The notes under the pieces: generated by a model
What the model was told of the DNA's origin: nothing
Database searches by the model: none
What the model saw: the letters and a program-made list of their open reading frames with translations, nothing else
Translations under genes and position numbers: made by a program
In this document: positions 11,235 through 22,960 of the stretch, one piece after another
Position numbering within the stretch: position 1 is the stretch's first letter
How the letters are laid out: every line of letters starts with the position of its first letter
Source of the DNA: Malacoraja senta
Lineage: Eukaryota
Assembly (NCBI GenBank): GCA_038087875.1
Contig: CM075992.1
Location: forward strand, 5,706,001 to 5,766,000
DNA: 60,000 bases
Direction of reading: 5' to 3'

Positions 11235-12920
11235 TTCATTCAGTTGGTAACACGGCATTTCTTCAACAAGTATAATCACATCCAAGTGAAATCACCAATC
11301 AGGAACTGTGACCATTCAGTCCAGCCACAGCTTAATCCTTTCCCAATGCAGGCAATTTTGAATTAGCTTATTGTCACGTGTACAATGAAAAGCTTCGCCC
11401 TCACTCATGACCTTTTCTATCGTTCTCTTCTACACAGATAACTGGCTGAAGTTCTGACTGTTCAGAAATTCAGCTACTTGAGCAAATACCAAAAACAAAA
11501 AATCGATTAACTTCAAATTCACATTTATTGTCACATGCACCAATTAAGGTACAGTGATATTTGAGTTACCATGCAGCCATACAGTTAAAAGAACACAACA
11601 CAATTAAAAGAACGATAGAACTTAACATAAACATCCACCACAGTGATCACTGTGATGGAAGGCAATAAAGTTCAGTCAGTCTTCCTCCTTTTGTTCCAAA
11701 TGTTACCCAATAACACACCGGTGAAATCCTTGGAAATATTTCACTGTGTTACAGATGCCAGATAAATGCTGTTGCTTGTAGGGGCCAACATCAGTGTCTG
11801 ATTTTGTGCAAAATCTAGAATATGGAAATGTGATTAAAATTTATTCAAGAGGCTTTGCATAAAGCATTCATTGCCCCCATTGTGTATTGTCAGTTTAATG
11901 TTCCTCCGATGCAAAGGACTACAGTGCCCTTCATAATGTTTGGGACTTAGAAAAATAGTTTGACTGTAATGTAGGAAAGGTGATGAGTTCTAGGTAATGC
12001 AAGTAGTTGCCAAGGTGCAGTGTTGATGGTCTGAAGGATCATCGAGTCTGAAGACTGCATCAGATGGTTCTCAAAATGTCTGTGTCTTAAATGTTATCTG
12101 CCTCACTGTGAGGCTTTGCAATGTCCAAACGTGGATCAGTGGTTCAAATCCCACTTCAGAAACTCCGGCATCATACTCCAAGTGGACTCTTAACAAGAGC
12201 AAGGTCATCATTGTCACCCACCCCTACTCTGCTTTCAATGTATGGCATAGAAGCATACACAATACAGTCACAGATGGAGCATGATTTGAGCGAGCAGCTC
12301 ACTGGTTACATGGAACTGCAATACCTAGTCGTTCATGGTCCCTCCTCGATTCCAAAATGAACAGCTTCACTTCAGCACATTCGTGAAAAATACTGCTCCA
12401 AAAATACTACCTTCTGCATTAAACACTAAAGCAGATCCCGTTCCCCTAACTCAGGCCTATAGAAAACTGCCCATTAGTTTTCCCAGGAATTTTCCCCGTT
12501 GTACTCCCCATTCTTCATGGTATATACAGATTAATTAGTCATCACTATTTATGGGATCTTGCTGTGCGCAGATTGGCACAGCACGTGGCCATCTCTTGTT
12601 ATTAAGTTCCAATCAGTACAAGCTCCTCAATACTGCCCTTTACCACAATCATGGGTTTCTATGCTGCATTACAACAATGGGTACACTTGCAAAGTATTAA
12701 TTGCTTGTAGAGTTATTGGCTGCATCCTTGAGTTGAGCTGAGTGAAAGGACCCTGAAGAGGGGTTCCGACCCCCAAACGTCACCTATTTCTTTTCTCCAG
12801 AGATGCTGCCTGATCCTCTGAGTTACTCTAGCATTTTGTGTCTCTCTCTCTCTCTGAGTGAAAGAGATTTCTCTTTAAGGTTCTAAGCAAGAGGAAGAAG
12901 TTGAGTTGGCTTGGACTATA

Positions 12921-15526
12921 TAGATGCTCCTCGACTTACGATGCTTTGACTTACGATATTTTGCCTTTACGATGGTGCAAAAGCAATACACATTCAGTAG
13001 AAACTGTACTTTGTATTTTGAATTTTTATCTTTTCCCAGGATAGCGATATCCTTGTTTAAATCTTTTTATTTGAATTTCACAGCAATTTGCATACATACT
13101 ATGATAACAGACAATGACAGTCAAGGCATAATTGTGCAACAGTATGTAAGCGACCCTCAAAACCCTTACCCATACCCACCTTCAACCCACCCGAATCAGG
13201 TCGGAACCAAACGGGGACAGACAACACTCACATACGTACACATCCACACACATATGGTAAGATAAACGAAACAAAAAGTACAAAAAATAATAATTTGGGG
13301 TCACTAATAACAGTAAATAAGTAATTGAATAAATAATTGTGGGGAGGGGGGGGTTAAGGGGAAAGCAGCTGCTGTAGAGCAAAACAATGGTGGAGAGCAC
13401 TCAGTCCTCTTCCGAGTCCGGGGACAAGTTGAAAGAGTTAACAAGTTCCAAGAAAGGGTTCCATGTATCTAGGAATGTCTTGGTAGAGCCTTTGAGAGAG
13501 AACCTAAGTTTTTCAAGCTTTAAATTGTAAAGCACCTCCTTAATCCAACGGGCGTGTGTCGGGGGACAGGTGAGCCTCCAGTTAAGCAAGATCAGTCTCC
13601 GGGTTAACAAGGTTGTAAAAGCTAGGACCCGTTTCACCGCAACAGAGAGGTTGGTGTTGTGGGGGGTACCGAAAATGGCTGACATTGGGTTTGGAGGAAC
13701 AGTCTGGTCGTAGGCTCTGCTTATCAATTCGAAAGCACTCCTCCAAAAGGCTGCTAGCTTAGGGCAAGACCAAAACATATGGCTATGGTTGGCAGGGGAT
13801 TGATTACATCTGTTGCAGGTGTCCCTAACAGCGGGGTACATTCTAGATAATCTTGCATTTGTGTAGTGGACTTTGTGAAGGACTTTGCATTGGATTAGGC
13901 CATGACGGGCACATATTGAGGAAGAATGGATCAAATCCAAGGCAGAGTCCCATTGCTGGTCTGTTAGTTTCGTATTCAGCTCTCCCTCCCACGCAGCTTT
14001 TAATGAGGTATGAGGTTTCAATATAACCGACCCTAGCAAATTATACAAAATAGAGATGCATTTCTTCCGGTTGGGATATAGAGCTAAGATGGTATCGGTC
14101 AGGGTTTCAGGGGGGCGATTTGGGAAATAGGGGAATGTCTTCTTCACAAAATCCCTAATCTGGAAAAACCAAAAAAGGTGGGAGTTTGGGAGGCTGTAGT
14201 TGGACGAGAGCTCCGCGAAGGACGAAAAGACGCCATACTTGTATAGGTTTTTGATACTACTGATACCGTTGCTATGCCAGGTTTTGAATGCGTGGTCTGT
14301 ACTTGAAGGTTTAAAGATGTGATTTTTAAGCAGTGGGGTCAAGATGGAAGGGCCTTGTAAACCGAAGTTTTTCCTGTTGACTCCATATCTTGAGCGAGAG
14401 GGACGCAATTGGGCCTACACCCACAGATGTTATAGAAAGGGGGAGTTGGGAGCATAGGACAGACCGCAACGGGAGATGTGAACTTGCCTTTTCCATGTAT
14501 ACCCAGGTCGGTAGGTGGTTGCAATCATCATTCATCCAATACAGGAGTTTTTGCAAGTTAGCTGCCCAATAGTATTGCCTAAAGTCAGGAAGTGCCAAAC
14601 CGCCGTCACTCTTAGGAGACTGCAGTATCGCCTTTTGAATTCTAGCCGGTTTGCTACCCCATAAAAATTTATATATTGTCCTTTCTAATTTATCAAAAAA
14701 AGATTTAGTGATAAGTATAGGGACGTGCTGGAAAAGATACAAGAATTTGGGTAGGACGACCATCTTGACCAGATTTATCCGGCCCACGAGGGATAGCGGT
14801 AAAACTGACCAGCGGTCAAAATCTCTTTCGGCTTTCTCAACCAGAGGCAGAAAGTTTGTGCGGAACATATCAGATACGGGTACGATATCCTAAAACAGGA
14901 GTTGCAACGGCTTCCAGAGCTGCAGCAAATCCGGTCGGCCAAGATAAAGAAAAAAGAAAGAACTAATGAATCCCTGAAAGCCGAGTGTCTTCTGCAAAAC
15001 GGACGGCTAAAGGAAGCTGGCGTGGATCTGGTAAATGATGGCGGCAAATCCCAGCAGCGGGACCCTGCAACAAAACCCAACAACTTTCCGCCTGGGCAAG
15101 CAAACGGCAAGGAAGAACATAGAGCATAACCTAGAGCACCTCAGCTGGTGCCTGCCAATGGGAAGGACCTCAGAGTGGCCCAAGCCCCAGCTCAACGGGA
15201 GGGGAAGGTCAAGCAGCCTGAGACCAAGAGCAGCCCAGACACCAGGGCAGTACAAAACAAAGTCAATAACAAGCAGAAGTTAAAATCGCAGGCAACCAAA
15301 CCAAGTGTTGAGCGGCACTCAAAGCCGGCCAAGGGCTTCAGACCCTGCGACGTGCACCAGAAAACCTTGGTATGTCCCAGTGCCTTCTCCTACTATTCTT
15401 GAGTCTTATCAGAAGAGAGAGAATGTTTGGTAGGTTAGGTGTATTAAATGCATTTTCGACTTACGGGTTTTTGATTTACGATGGGTTTATTGGAACGTAA
15501 CCCCATCGTAAGTTGAGGAGCACCTG
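12921..15526. mobile_element. Tigger/pogo-family non-autonomous DNA transposon (ends at 12921-13050 and 15421-15526), interrupted by an L1
   Basis: TIRs tagatgctcctcgacttacgatg and catcgtaagttgaggagcacctg; TA dinucleotide on both outer flanks. Confidence 0.8.
13052..14868 (-). mobile_element. L1-clade LINE, 3' part of ORF2 (post-RT and CCHC zinc knuckle) plus 3' UTR
   Basis: ORFs 14326-14868 and 13401-14408 are joined by a frameshift near 14375: LSLVGRINLVKMVVLPKFLYLFQ, GGLALPDFRQYYWAA, CNRC...HMFWSC. AATAAA at 13066-13071 (minus). Confidence 0.92.
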
Positions 15527-15571
15527 TATTCCTTGGAGCTTAGGAGGAGGATGGGTGATCGGATAGAGATG

Positions 15572-15620
15572 TACAGTGCCCTCCATAATGTTTGGGACAA
15601 AGACCCATCATTTATTTATT
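15572..15620 (+). mobile_element. Tc1/mariner-like TIR fragment (a second short copy at ~11920-11946)
   Basis: TA-CAGTGCCCTCCATAATGTTTGGGAC occurs twice in the window and has the TA|CAGT Tc1 terminus. Confidence 0.55.
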
Positions 15621-15639
15621 ACAGCTGTGGTTATACATA

Positions 15640-16130
15640 GTCCCCACACAGTTTATACACAGGCCACACTTGCGCCAGTTACAGCAGCCCCGAGAGCACG
15701 TCACACCTGATGACCAAATTTTCCCCCCGTTATATTACAGCTCCAGTTTCTTCCCCACCTTGGCTATCCGCTCCAGCCAATCCTTGTCACACGCCTCTAC
15801 CCCCCGAACCAGATCCCCAGCACCTTCAAGAAGTTAGGCTTGATGGTGAAGGGGATAGAAGATCGGTCGGGCCAGTTACCAAAGAGCATGGCCTCGCTCT
15901 TCCTGCGGTTCAACCTGGCTCCCGTGGCCAACTCAAACTGGTTGCAGACGCTAATCAATCTGCGGACCGACCCTGGATCCAAGCAGAAGACAGCGACATT
16001 GTCCATGTAGAGGGAGGGTTTGACCTGAGTGCCCCCACTGCCTGACAATGTCACTCCTCTTATGCTCGCATCCTTCCTTGATGGACTCGGCAAAACAAGA
16101 CAGGGGATCAATGTCATATTGAGGCATAAA
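15640..16130 (-). mobile_element. Tx1/L1-type reverse transcriptase fragment
   Basis: LYMDNVAVF (degenerate YxDD), FELATGARLNRRKSEAM and LKVLGIWFG. Confidence 0.8.
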
Positions 16131-16161
16131 GCCAAGTCCAGTCATTGGTTGAATTCCCTAC

Positions 16162-16310
16162 CTGAAAATGTTCCTGTAGTAGTTGTAGGGACCCACCAAT
16201 GCTCCAGGCCGAGAAAAACTGAACACGTAGGCCTCCAAATCTTCTTCAGTCAATCTATTATTTTTATTTTTGATCCCCATTCGTTTACTCATATAAACAC
16301 TCTTCAGGGT
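16162..16310 (-). CDS. EPHX3: Epoxide hydrolase exon 6 (149 nt)
   Basis: ttattag|ACC...TTC AG|gtagg; TLKSVYMSKRMGIKNKNNRLTEEDLEAYVFSFSRPGALVGPYNYYRNIF, including the NYYR lid tyrosine. Confidence 0.93.
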
Positions 16311-16833
16311 CTAATAAACATGACACAGCGGTAAATGTTAAAACATTTTTTAAAGCAAAATAAAACCTGGGGAATATAAGTATATGATATGAAATGATCA
16401 AAATGCAGTTGAGAAAATAAATGTTAGAACAGCACCAGCACCCCCTCGCAACCATGTTTCTGCAATGGCCACATCATAATTCCAAGCATTGATCCATAAG
16501 GAAATGAGGAACAAATTGAGGCAGTAAAAGCGACCAGGGTCCATAGAGCACTTCAAATGTAGAAACAAGGAACTGCAGATGCTGTTTATAATAAAAGACA
16601 CAATGTGCTTGAGTAACTCAGCGGGTCAGGCAGCATCTCCGGAGAAAATGGATAGTTGGCATTTTGGGTTGGGGCCCTTCTTCAGATTGAGGATCTCGAC
16701 CCAAAACGTCACCTATCCATGTTCTCCAAAGATGCTGCTGATGTGCTGTTACTCCGGACGTTGTGCCTTTTTAAAAAATAAAACATGTCAATCAGGAAGT
16801 AATCAATATTTTCAAGGCAGGAAAATAGTGTAC

Positions 16834-16937
16834 CTTGAAATCTTCCATATGCATCATAAACTCTGGAAGTTTTGGTACTTGGAAGAAGAATATATAGCTG
16901 GATTTCAGCAGCTGGGATGGATGTCGTTTCATGTAGC
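16834..16937 (-). CDS. EPHX3: Epoxide hydrolase exon 5 (104 nt)
   Basis: ttcag|GC...AAG|gtacac; YMKRHPSQLLKSSYIFFFQVPKLPEFMMHMEDFK. Confidence 0.93.
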
Positions 16938-17625
16938 CTGAAACAAAGAAAGTCAACTCACATTACCTGCTCTAAACCTTTACATAAAAATAAAACAGAA
17001 TCCCAGTACGCATCTTTCTAATTTGATATTAACGAGTGTATGTGTGTTGGTTTAGCAAGAACCAAATCGCAAAGACACAAATTTATATACCATTTTAAAA
17101 CATTGCTCATAAATATCTCTGAGAGCTTTGACTAGCTTTTGTGGTCAATTCAGATTACAATCCCACATCCGGCGGTAATTAATGCTAGTTAAAGGTTGAA
17201 AACATACTACTTCAGGTCCCCCTGGGGTCCTGCAGGATATAGCCTCCACTTAAAGTAACCCAAGGAGACAACGGAACTCGCTCCTACTATTGGGAAGAAA
17301 TGACAGGACCCTGAAAACCCTGACCACCAGTTTCAACAGCTTCTTCCCAACAACCATCAGGCTTTTGAACACTACGCAACACCAACTTCAGCAACTATGA
17401 ACTTCAATCCACTGTCTTTGGTTGCACTTAGCAGTTCAGTTTTGCTCAGCTAATATTAGTTATTAATATATTGAATTAAAAAAACAATATTTTATCTGTG
17501 TGTATTGCGCTTACAGGCCTGTTAAGATGCTGCTAGCAAGAATTTCATTGTTCCATTGTCAGTACATGACAGTTAAACATTCTATCTATCTCTCTCCTGG
17601 AAACAAACTGTGGCCTTCAACTCAC

Positions 17626-17754
17626 GAAAAAACACATCTGGATGTGGCGCATTCATGATGATTAATTTCTCCACCAACTCTGGGTTGTGAATAGCCAAAC
17701 TCCAAGCTAAGGCGCCTCCCCAGTCATGTCCAACGAGGATACAGCTGCTATATC
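17626..17754 (-). CDS. EPHX3: Epoxide hydrolase exon 4 (129 nt)
   Basis: ttcag|GA...C|gtgag; [17 protein letters not shown]...NAPHPDVFF with the nucleophile elbow GHDWGG. Confidence 0.95.
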
Positions 17755-18245
17755 CTGAAAACACAACAAAATAGCATTATTAGATTGTTGAGTTAGGCTA
17801 CATTAAGCAGGATGTTAATCCAACTTGTTACTAGTTGTAGACAAAGACCACTGGGTAAATCTAACACCAGGTTCAAAGCCCCAAAAAAATACAGCACAGA
17901 AACAAGCTAGTTTGCCCACATTCGGCCCATATCCCGCTAAACCTTTCCTATCCACGTACCTGAGTCAAATACCTCCACTGGCAGCTCATTCCATATATCC
18001 ACCACCTTCTAAGACATTGACAGTATAACACCCAGCCAATCTTATCCATTGGACAAGGAATGAGAGATCTAACAAAGTTCTTGACGTATCCTATTCTTGT
18101 ACTGTTCTGGTATTTCCAATGCACCAGAAGAAGCTGCCATATTCCAAGTAATTTCTAACTGTCTCTACCTCCGTACAGCCCTATGAAGGTGTTTTAATTC
18201 TCCTTCCACACCAGTAAGTCTCTGGAGTTTTCCTTGGGATTCTTA

Positions 18246-18439
18246 GGGGCCTGTCCCACATAGGCAATTTTTGGGCGATTATCGCAAAATTTTCAACAGG
18301 TTGAAATTTTTTCGGCGACAGTGGCGAGTTTTTGCTGTCGTAGGTGCTGTCGTAGGTTGTCGCCAGGTGTCGTAGGTGAATTCCATTAAAACTAGTCCCT
18401 GGCAATCGCCTAAAGAGTCGCCTAAGTGGGACAGGCCCT
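18246..18439. mobile_element. PIF/Harbinger-type MITE
   Basis: TIRs ggggcctgtcccacataggc and gcctaagtgggacaggccct; TTA duplicated at 18243-18245 and 18440-18442. Confidence 0.8.
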
Positions 18440-19891
18440 TTAGAAACTCTTTGCAGATGTAAAGAAAAGCTAGAACGATGCTGAAATTAGTAAATTATTA
18501 AAAATAGACGGAGCAAGCTACTCCACCCACAATACGAACACGGCTGATCTGCCCCACGTCTCATTTTCTCTGTTGAGTAGGTTTCCCCTTAAACTTCAAT
18601 TCCCTGGACTTCCAAAATGGTATCTACTTCCTCATTAAATGCTTCCCAATGATGTTTGGGGGAAGAGTTCCAGAAATTCACTACCTTCAGAGAACGTTTT
18701 TGCTGGGGTGTAAACGTCAAAGACTAGAGGGCATACCTTTATGGTGAGAGGGGCAAAGTTTAAACATATGCGAGGCAAGTTTTTTTTTTAAAGAGAATGG
18801 TGGGTACCCGAAACATACTGCCAGGAGTGGTGGTGGATGCAGATATGAAAGCAGCATTTAAGGGGCTTTTAGGTAGGCATATGGATATGCAGGAAATTGA
18901 GCGGTATGGATCATGTGTAGGCAGATGAGATTAGCTGATCTTGGCAAGCCGTTCAACACAGACATTGTATTACTGTGCTGCAATTTTCTATTCCAAGTTC
19001 CCAGTTTTAAATGATCACTCCTTAATCTTGCAATTATGTGCCCAGATTCTTCTGCTGGTGGAAACATCTCGGCAACTACCCTGTCCGCCCTTTTTATGTT
19101 TCAATAAGATCTCCCTCGTGCTTTTAAACTCCAGAAAATATATATATAATTTCTTTAGTTGCTCATGATGGACAACCCTCTCATCCCAGTAATCAGCCTG
19201 CTAAAACTCCAGCAGTGAGTGTAACACTGTTTACCAGTTGTGCTGAAAGTAATTCACCTGAAAAAGCAACTGTCTTTTTCGCTTCACAAATATTGTCTGA
19301 TTTGCTCAGTATTTCCTGCACTTCTATCTCCTTATTGTTTCCAGCACCTGTTGTTTTATTTTGTTGCTCTTTTAGCAATACACCAAAGCATAGAGTGGTG
19401 GAGTAACTCAATGGGTTAGGCAGCATCTCTTGAAGACATGGACAGCCAATGTTTTGTGTTGGGACCCTTCTTCAGAAAAGTTGCCTATCCATGTGCTGCC
19501 TGACTTGATGCGTTACTCCATTACTTTGTGTTTTGCTCCAGATTCCAGCATCTACAGTTCCTTGTTTCTCTTCCACGTATGCGAATGTGAGTTAGTTCCC
19601 TTAATGGCTGCCAAGTGCAACTATTAAGTAAACTCAGCTTTGGATCAATTGTATGCTTAAAAAACTGCAGATTGCAAGTTTTAGGCTCCAGATCAGCATA
19701 CATTTACTAAATTTAATTCTTCATTGGTGACCCATTGGAGCTGCACAAATTCTGAAAAAAAAATTACAACCTTCAATATTGTAAGATCACGGGTTTACAG
19801 AAAATCAAATTCCACATAAATGCTATTTGCATGCAGCAGTCCTGAACTACCCCTATGAAAAATGCAAAAAATAATTTCGTTTTTAGCATAC

Positions 19892-20049
19892 CTAGAGCTT
19901 CAATCATTCCCCTGATATCAGCCAGCAAATACTCCATCTTATAGTCATTTCGATCTTGGGGTGCATCAGAATCCCCGTATCCACGCAGGTCCATAGCCAC
20001 CACTCGGTACTTACTTTTGAACTCCCGCAGCTGGTAACGCCACGAATAC
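19892..20049 (-). CDS. EPHX3: Epoxide hydrolase exon 3 (158 nt)
   Basis: cacag|G...CTA G|gtatg; YSWRYQLREFKSKYRVVAMDLRGYGDSDAP...EAL, with the DLRGYG motif. Confidence 0.95.
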
Positions 20050-20334
20050 CTGTGACACAAACAGCATCAATGAGATGGTAATCCACTGATAACGCAGCAA
20101 CAAATAACAAGCTAGGGCCTGCGGCACACTTTGGATGATTACATGCAGATTTTGCCCTTGGTAACAATGTACCTGCAGCCACATACTGAAGAATCAATAA
20201 GGGCTTTCATTCCTATAAACAGCATAGTATTTTTTCTTCATCCGGAAAGTTTTGATTCCTTGCTGTTAAAAAAAAAGATTTCTTTTCAGTGGTCACACAA
20301 TCAAGGAGATGTATTCATCAGGATAAGTCAGATT

Positions 20335-20645
20335 GGGGCGGCACTGTGGCGCAGCGGTAGAGTCACTGCCATACAGCGCCAGACACTCGGGTTTGATCCT
20401 GACCACGGCTGCTGTCTGTATGGAAGTTTGTACGGTCTCCCTGTGACCGTATGGGTTTTATCCGGGTGCTCCGGTTTCCTCGGCACTCCAAAGACATACA
20501 GGTTTGCAGATGAATGGGCTTTAGTAAAAATTGCAAATTGTCCCTAGTGTGTAGGATAGAACTAGTGCATGGGGGTGATCGCTGGTCGGCACAGACACGG
20601 TATGCTGAAGTGTCTGTTTCCATGCTGTATCTCTAAAGTCTAAAG
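20335..20645 (+). mobile_element. tRNA-derived V-SINE (HE1-like), full length
   Basis: A box tggcgcagcgg, B box ggtttgatcc, V-domain and tail 'gctgtatctctaaagtctaaa'. Confidence 0.85.
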
Positions 20646-20862
20646 ATTCAAATGTTTAATGTCACTCTGCATCTCATGACATCCTAAATTGCTTTATAGT
20701 AAACAATGTGGACTGTGTGGATATTACGGGCTGAAGGGCCTGTTTCTGTGCTGTACAGTTCTATGTTGAGTCCACGTTAGTATTTATTTTGCTATGACTA
20801 AATAGGGCAATTCTCTACTGACAGGAGAAATTGGTAAGTAAATAAGAGGGGACAGTGTTTAC

Positions 20863-20948
20863 CAGATTTCAGGAAAGCCATGGAGTAGCAACATCAACTG
20901 TTTGTTCCTCTCGCCAGCTGCCACATAGTGAAATCGCAACCCTGAATC
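20863..20948 (-). CDS. EPHX3: Epoxide hydrolase exon 2 (86 nt)
   Basis: ttctatag|GAT...TG|gtaaac; DSGLRFHYVAAGERNKQLMLLLHGFPEIW with the oxyanion motif HGFP. Confidence 0.95.
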
Positions 20949-22509
20949 CTATAGAAAGAGGATCGAGAGGTCAGTTACCATCCAACACAACTGTCGCTTA
21001 GGAAACCACAGCTGTAGGTTTCAAACAGAAGGACTTCCATCTTTTAAGTTATGGTAACCCTTGTAATTATTACATTCTAACATGCATTCTCTAAACAAGA
21101 GTCTTTCAAGCACCTTCAGGTGGCTATAAAAGTCAACATTTGTCCACAGTGCAGGACCTCAATACCCATCATTCTGGGCAATATGAATGGCTCAATTAAT
21201 GTTACTGAAATAGTTGATATGTTCAGTCATGTTGCTGCTTTAGTGGTGCAGGAAGTGAGCAATTGGGGATATACTGAGTCACACAGTCAAAGGCTTAGCA
21301 GAGGGTTGTAAAAAATTGGAAATATCTTACGCAGGCAGGTACATTTAAAAAAAACATTATTTCCCAAATTAATGGATTAAAAAAAAATCATTTAGGAACT
21401 AATCTGGTGAATCTTTGCTGCATTCCATCTAAAAGCAAATCCTTTTATTTGGAAGGAGACCAAAACTGTACAATACTGGGGGAAAGGCGATGTTTATGTC
21501 ATCATGGATCATGCATGACTATTACGTGATGAACAAGGGTCTAAATGACTTTGTTTTACTCCTGTCTTCATCAACAGGATGGTGGTGGAGAGTCAATAGA
21601 TTCAGCATCTCTCTGATGATCTATCCTGCAGCCAGCACAATGAAGCAAAGAAAACTCACCAATGCTCCGACTTCCTTAGAAGCTTCAGCATGTCGCCAAA
21701 TATGCTACCAAACTTCTGCAGGTGTACAGTGGAGAGCCTGAGGCCTGCTAAGGTAACTTGAATGCCTATGAATAAGGAAGTCTGTAGAAAGGGTGGACGT
21801 TGCCTGGTGCATAAGGGCATTGACTTCCCCACCATCAAAGTGATCTACTGGAAGCACTGCTTCAAAAAAGCAGCTAATATCATCACAGACCTACACCAGC
21901 CTAGCCACACTGTCATCATGCTGTTAATATTAATATCAGAAATAAAATAGAGTATCTCGATTTCCATTCAGGAACAATTTCTTCCATCAGGTTCCTGAGC
22001 TACCTTTATAACCCTACCTCAGCTCTAAACTAACATGAACTTTGTACCGCGAAGATTGCGCTATGTACTTTGGCTTGCACTATTGTGATCTGGTTTATCT
22101 AATTTAAGCGATCATTTACTTTATGTTCATTTGGTGTGCTATTGTGTGTAAAGTTCTGTGAAGCTGCCGCACCCATCCACACTAATCCCATTTTATTTTA
22201 CAACATTCCCAACATCTCCTTCAGCACCAAATTGAAGCCACATGACAAGCAAATTGGAAGACGTGTACCTCATAATCTGCTTGGGTAAATTTAAATCCAA
22301 TGGCGTGAATGTTTTCTCCAATTTCAAGTGAAGCATCTTCTCTCTCTCTCCCCCCTTCCCCTTCCCCCTCCCCCCTTCCCCTTCCCCCTCCCTCCCTCCC
22401 TCCCTCCCTCTTCTTATCCACCATCACCAAAGATCACCACCACCACCACCACCATCTCTGTATACACTGAGGCCCCCTGTTGGGGGAGGGGGGGACACTC
22501 TCCCCCAAC

Positions 22510-22960
22510 AGGGTGCACGTGATGCATGCGCGCGGCGGTTTGAAAGGCGGCAGTTTAACGGTCCCCACCGCGCGTACCTTGAGGCGGACGAAGCCGTGAG
22601 TCCCCAGCGACGGGTCGCTGAGGCAGGCGGGCGGGCTCTCCCGCACCCGCCACTCGAAAGCCCGCCGTCGCTTCCTCACCACCACCACGGCGGCCCGCAG
22701 CAGGAAGACGGCGCAGATGACCGCGGTCAGCGTGTGGACGGCCAGCCAGGACAGGGCGGCCCTGGCGGACAGCGCAGCGCGGCTGGGCAGCAGCAGCAGC
22801 CAGCGGGACCGCAGCGTCGCCATTCCCCCTCCAAGTCCCGCCTCCGCTCCCCCCCCCCTCCCAAACCCATTGGCTGGCGCCCCCGCCACTCAGCGGTGGG
22901 CGGGCCAAGGCCGCAGGTGAGGCGGGGCTCAGGTGACCGGAGGCTCCAAAGGTCATACGT
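22510..22960. promoter_or_regulatory. CpG island / probable promoter of the epoxide hydrolase gene
   Basis: Very GC- and CpG-rich block over exon 1 in an AT-rich background; GC-box-like gggcgg motifs near 22898 and 22921. Confidence 0.7.
22578..22823 (-). CDS. EPHX3: Epoxide hydrolase exon 1 (coding part, with N-terminal membrane anchor)
   Basis: ATG at 22823; MATLRSRWLLLLPSRAAL...hydrophobic segment...PPACLSDPSLGTHGFVRLK|gtacgc. All seven exons join in phase to 1095 nt (364 aa). The symbol is assigned by adjacency to BRD4; the sequence itself resembles EPHX4. Confidence 0.9.

Noticed and set aside
13401..14408. 335-aa ORF as a host gene
   Set aside because: It is the C-terminal part of L1 ORF2, frameshifted and 5'-truncated.
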